A stretch of 62,394 nucleotides of DNA, from the IMG/VR virus record IMGVR_UViG_3300037483_001825, positions 1-62,394 of that record. One strand, written 5' to 3'. How positions within the stretch are numbered: position 1 is the first letter of the stretch; every line of letters begins with the position of its first letter. Positions 59,201-62,394 of this stretch are shown in pieces. Under the pieces are notes generated by a model. It ran no database searches. It worked only from the letters and a program-made list of their open reading frames with translations, and had not been told where the DNA came from. The DNA is from a virus (lineage: Duplodnaviria > Caudoviricetes). A program made the translations under genes and the position numbers.

Positions 59201-61307
59201 ACAGGTTGGCAACGGCATGCAAAATTGGGCAATTCAGTCAATTCTAGAGCCGATGAGAGATGTCGGAGTTTTAAGCAATAAGGCATTTAATGCAGTAGTC
59301 GAAAAGAATAAGAACTGGTTACCATTCCATGTTTTGGAGTTTATCCCTACTCTGGAAGAAGCCGACAAAATGGTGATCGGCTCAGAAACATTTTCTGTCA
59401 GCAAACAAGGAGTAGTTAGTGCATTGGAAGGTACTGACAAAATTATCCGCGATCCCTTTGTTTCAATTATCGATAATCTGACAAAAGCAGTAAGCCTTGT
59501 CGAGAGAAACAAGGTTGCACTAAAACTTGTTGACTTAAGAAAATCACACCCAGATGCTACTAAAGGTTTGATTCGTTACATACCTGAAGGTCAAAACCCT
59601 CCCCAAGAATGGGAATCAATCAGTGTTTTTATTGGTGGCAAAGTTACCCGTTGGGCAGTACCAAAAGAATTGTCGGAAGCCATGCATGCGATGAGTCCTG
59701 CTCAGGCTGGTTTGATGGGTAAACTGGTTATGTTGTCTTCAAAAGCGTTTAAAGCAGGGACTACGACACTTTACTTCCCATTTACCCTGTCAAATGCCGT
59801 TCGTGACTATCAAACAGCCACACTAGTATCAAAGTACGGCTTCAATCCTGCTGTGTGGCTTTCAGGATTTAAAGATGGCTTTCGCTCAGCATTTAAGTGG
59901 GAATCAAAGGCTTATGACGATTTTATGCGTAATCAGGGTGGATATGGCGGCTATATTGAATCCAGCAAAGGGTTGGCCACTGCCTCCGAACAACTATTTC
60001 GCCCACGTTGGATGGAAAGAACAAAAGCGGTTATTAATCCGTTTGAGTTGATTGGAAATTTCTCTGAAGCCATTGAGCTTGCTCCACGGCTTGGAATTTA
60101 CAAGAAGGCTCTTAGCAAAGGAGCTACTCCATTAGAGGCAGCCTTTGAAGCCCGAAATGTCACAGTCGACTTTGCTAAATCCGGAGTAGAAGCACGTCTA
60201 ATAAATATGTGGGTCCCATTTGTGAATGCCAGGTGGCAAGGTTTACTAAATGTCGGCCGAGTACTAAAAGATAATCCTGTTCGAACTGCTGCGCGGGCGA
60301 TGGCACTGACAGTCTTGCCAGGAATTGCCACCTACTTCTATAACGTGATGAATCATGAAGAACTCTGGGACGATATTCCTCAATGGGCAAAAGACACCTA
60401 TTTCATCGTTATTGTCGGCGAGGATAAAGACGAGGAAGGCAACCGTGTTCCCAAGGTAGTTCAAATTCCCAAAGGTGACATAGGAGCAATTTTCTTTAAT
60501 CCTTTAATGTACGCCTTTGAGTATGTCAGAAAACAAGAACCACAGAACTTGTTTAAACTTGGCTTGGAATGGATGAGCCAGCTCGCTCCGGTCCCGTTCA
60601 CTCGTGACGGCGAGCTATCTGCACAAGCATTTTTCTCAGGAGCTCTCCCGCCAATTATTCGCACCCCGCTAGAGATAGCGACTAATACCAACTTCTTTAC
60701 CGGCTTTCCCGTTGTTCCCAGAAGATTGGATAAAGTAGCACCATCGGAACAATATGACAGCAGAACGCCTGATTTAGCAATCACAATAGGACGCGCACTT
60801 GGTGTAAGCCCGATGAAGCTCACACACGCCATTTATGGGCTTACAGGAAGCCTAGCGCGCGAGCTGTTGAGCCCTGCAGATGTTCTTGGATTAACTATGG
60901 ATCGTTTTTACAGAACACACGGTGGTGAGAAGCAACGAATAGCCTGGGACATTAAATACGATACTGAAGTTGGATACAATACGACTCGTTTGCAAATGAA
61001 AAAGATGATAGAGGCTGGCGACCTTCAAGGCGCTCAGCAAATGGCTTTGCGTTGGAATGAAGAAGCAGAAAAACTCATCCCCCAGGTGGTTCCGCTACTA
61101 ATGAAAGATGACCCAAAAGAAGCTGCTCTCTTCCAAAGCAGTATTACTTTTAGTGCAGCAGATTTACAGCGTTTGCTGAAAACAACTCTTCCCGGTGGAG
61201 TTCCCCAAGATAGTGAGAGCAATGGACAGGGATCAACACTTAATCCATTGAAACAAACGCCAGGTTCCACGGACAATCAAAGTATAAAGAGTTTGATTTA
61301 CCGATAA
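56271..61307 (+). CDS. large polyvalent ejection-type protein (J-like, ADP-ribosyltransferase-like, LPD38-like domains)
   Basis: ALNYLGV..AS..EIKQAW..AYEFLS; YHGT..GF..YGEGVY..AGYDSV; C-terminal WDDIPQW.KD.YF..IPKG. Confidence 0.7.
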   Translation: MDNFLSNLKTNITSSIQATGQTIGDLFGKSQKTVGKVAKMGSQKIENILTPLEKLKPEQSEFSIPGPTVGSYKPFKNIYVEATAQTLGLGARDTDVLERLPKATIGALKGAGDGLAQALTFGWWDPEIKYANDVEEMAGKMTEVEFNVLGTIGTFVVGGGLVQGALKGVPLLGRVATIAPKTFSVLSNGLTFAGLTQLQKEEAQKDAQQRSKDFVSDFALGGAFSIAGMKPSFIKSSAIIGPATYVTSLIKGESSEDALKNTAAMMGLHSLNFAVAKYLPNKSAAEKQIEKVAGEQLKITKNQALNYLGVNEKASAQEIKQAWKNKVVNITKQFPAQAKQTPQEMGQFNQAWNTANRAYEFLSKVSNPTGYTGKTFRQEFQDLYYQLWRDVPNKRAIVVRAVRNMPAGLSIRATLNNTQRNEIVTALGGKSAKTRLGKVAELTDADLVTVAMENKIDVTPSKPTIKTLPATQPTTSISKETTQPELRQVIDETFDRIPEWIKKRYSSVEAGKQILQEGYERGLALSKQASDIVPNKPVISYHGTTKAIADIIQKTGFKVPEAETFLESGGRKYGEGVYLQPGNKGAMSGALFYGKRADPSGMGANLAIIETEFTPKKPFIIDLPQKFMGFGAGQWGKFIHQVLGKTDLDQSINTYLKDKTARLLVDTALRKAGYDSVVLKAAGEADLLVALNPKDIKITKVYSDKEGSLETFRRGYDKAFSNSATVNNSISQTESKTPKIVEKLSTQEKTAVKASEIKDKYRRPEEIELEQAERAPDPKEVSNEPIFQERRSGSVVAPDTQRADELVSAPPVSPPRPPQETSIGSDDLPPDGTALKQIDAMVGKLSPAASLLDKAKKAIEVFPRLFTDRFAPIRDFENKVSKLQGKPIDINSSPYVGARMYAGRFGIVEGNFRDLYALLQPVRKMRADFTRYILAQRTSERAARGIENPLGVTQYTAEEALKELKNKVGDKSFQTFQQVGNGMQNWAIQSILEPMRDVGVLSNKAFNAVVEKNKNWLPFHVLEFIPTLEEADKMVIGSETFSVSKQGVVSALEGTDKIIRDPFVSIIDNLTKAVSLVERNKVALKLVDLRKSHPDATKGLIRYIPEGQNPPQEWESISVFIGGKVTRWAVPKELSEAMHAMSPAQAGLMGKLVMLSSKAFKAGTTTLYFPFTLSNAVRDYQTATLVSKYGFNPAVWLSGFKDGFRSAFKWESKAYDDFMRNQGGYGGYIESSKGLATASEQLFRPRWMERTKAVINPFELIGNFSEAIELAPRLGIYKKALSKGATPLEAAFEARNVTVDFAKSGVEARLINMWVPFVNARWQGLLNVGRVLKDNPVRTAARAMALTVLPGIATYFYNVMNHEELWDDIPQWAKDTYFIVIVGEDKDEEGNRVPKVVQIPKGDIGAIFFNPLMYAFEYVRKQEPQNLFKLGLEWMSQLAPVPFTRDGELSAQAFFSGALPPIIRTPLEIATNTNFFTGFPVVPRRLDKVAPSEQYDSRTPDLAITIGRALGVSPMKLTHAIYGLTGSLARELLSPADVLGLTMDRFYRTHGGEKQRIAWDIKYDTEVGYNTTRLQMKKMIEAGDLQGAQQMALRWNEEAEKLIPQVVPLLMKDDPKEAALFQSSITFSAADLQRLLKTTLPGGVPQDSESNGQGSTLNPLKQTPGSTDNQSIKSLIYR

Positions 61308-61311
61308 CCAT

Positions 61312-62394
61312 ATGTCTGACATTATTCGACCAATAGAACCATTTGAACTTACTCAAGGATTTGGAGGAAATCCAGAAGCCTATGCCCGTTTTGGACTTAA
61401 AGGACATAATGGCTGGGATTTAAAAACCAAGTTTCCAGATACTCCTCAAGGTTTCAGATATATTTTCTCCTCCTGGAAGTCACAGTTTTATGCCCAAGGC
61501 AATGAAGGTAACGACGGCTTTGGATTGTACTTTGAAGTTATCGTCCGGCTCTATAACACCCACAAGCTCACATACGCTCACTGCAAATCAATCGAGCATT
61601 TTGAAAATAAAAATGAGGGTGATGCAATGGCTGTCAGTGACAATACCGGCAACAGTACGGGTAGCCATCTACACCTGACTGTAAAACGCGGACAACTTTC
61701 AAATGGTAAGTTTGTCAGCGACAACTACAACAATGGTTACTTTGGAGCTATTAACCCTCAGGAATATTTTGATGAATTGAGAAAATACAAAAAAGAAAAT
61801 GGGGCAACTTCAACTCCTGAAGGCTGTTTGATTCCCAACACACCTGAATGGCGAGTTAAATATGAACAAATAGTCGCCTCAGCTACAAAGTGGCCAGAAG
61901 CATTAAAGATACTTGAGATAAACGATGACCCCAACACTACCCCCACTGACAGAATTAAAAGTGTTATTGGAGGGTATAAAAGCCGTGAAACTGACCTATC
62001 TAACAAGCTAAATGATAAGCAATCAGAATTGGATAAGGCTGGCCAAGAAGTTGTAAACAGGGTTGAGCAAGTAAGCAGGTTGGAAAAGTCACTGCTAGAT
62101 AAGGAAAAGTACTATAAATCCCTAATTGACGCTCTAAATAAGCAGCTCAAAAATGGCTCCGATGCCCTACCGTTGGCACAGGCTCGCATAGGGGTACTGG
62201 AGGGCAAGCTGGATGAAGCTAATAAAGCCAAGGGGAGATCGTTAATTGAGGCTCAAGAATATAAAAGCAAATTTGAAACCTGTCAAAAAGACAAAGGTGA
62301 GATAAAGCCCAACCCTCAGATGATTTTTTCTCTGACTATTCAGTACTTGGGAACATTATTAAGAAGTAAAGGAGGTGATCAGTATGAACAATGA
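61312..62394 (+). CDS. M23 family peptidase with coiled-coil tail (lysin-like)
   Basis: HNGWD, YAH, NTGNSTGSHLH. Confidence 0.85.
   Translation: MSDIIRPIEPFELTQGFGGNPEAYARFGLKGHNGWDLKTKFPDTPQGFRYIFSSWKSQFYAQGNEGNDGFGLYFEVIVRLYNTHKLTYAHCKSIEHFENKNEGDAMAVSDNTGNSTGSHLHLTVKRGQLSNGKFVSDNYNNGYFGAINPQEYFDELRKYKKENGATSTPEGCLIPNTPEWRVKYEQIVASATKWPEALKILEINDDPNTTPTDRIKSVIGGYKSRETDLSNKLNDKQSELDKAGQEVVNRVEQVSRLEKSLLDKEKYYKSLIDALNKQLKNGSDALPLAQARIGVLEGKLDEANKAKGRSLIEAQEYKSKFETCQKDKGEIKPNPQMIFSLTIQYLGTLLRSKGGDQYEQ

Larger units (their letters stand above)
1..62394 (+). mobile_element. podovirus-like (pro)phage region with two cargo islands
   Basis: Ordered terS/terL, portal, scaffold, capsid, adaptor, nozzle, ejection and lysin genes; no tape measure, sheath or integrase seen. 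Confidence 0.8.

Noticed and set aside
1-62394. CRISPR array, tRNA/rRNA, integrase, transposase, att repeats at island ends
   Set aside because: None recognised by manual reading; short att cores could be missed
62384-62394. Start of next gene (possible holin) after strong SD
   Set aside because: Only three codons visible; product cannot be called

Overview
Part of a podovirus-like (pro)phage, probably from a Patescibacteria/CPR host (inferred from the KhpA sequence type, cargo families and mostly SD-less leaders). The + strand backbone runs: C5 DNA methyltransferase, ParB-methyltransferase, terminases, DUF2292/YezD, portal, scaffold, major capsid, KhpA, amidase, adaptor/nozzle, fibre, polyvalent ejection-type protein (J-like + ART + LPD38) and an M23 peptidase. 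Two large cargo islands split this backbone. Island 1 (~5.46-33.55 kb, between terminase and portal) holds an ECF sigma/anti-sigma/secreted-protein locus, a membrane-tethered Hsp70/GrpE/J-like/AAA/protease operon and a defence block (PLD-SNF2 helicase, frameshifted type IIG RM, Gabija-like pair, DUF2779, a tiny acidic protein). Island 2 (~35.54-44.63 kb, between portal and scaffold) holds a TPR-HEPN gene and a complete diversity-generating retroelement. Its variable repeat lies at the C-terminus of a cytoplasmic MoxR-type AAA+ ATPase, encoded next to a metallopeptidase-vWA partner; avd is inverted. Both islands end at the same 23-nt motif overlapping a long hairpin, a candidate antitermination switch. 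All product calls come from manual motif recognition, not database searches.
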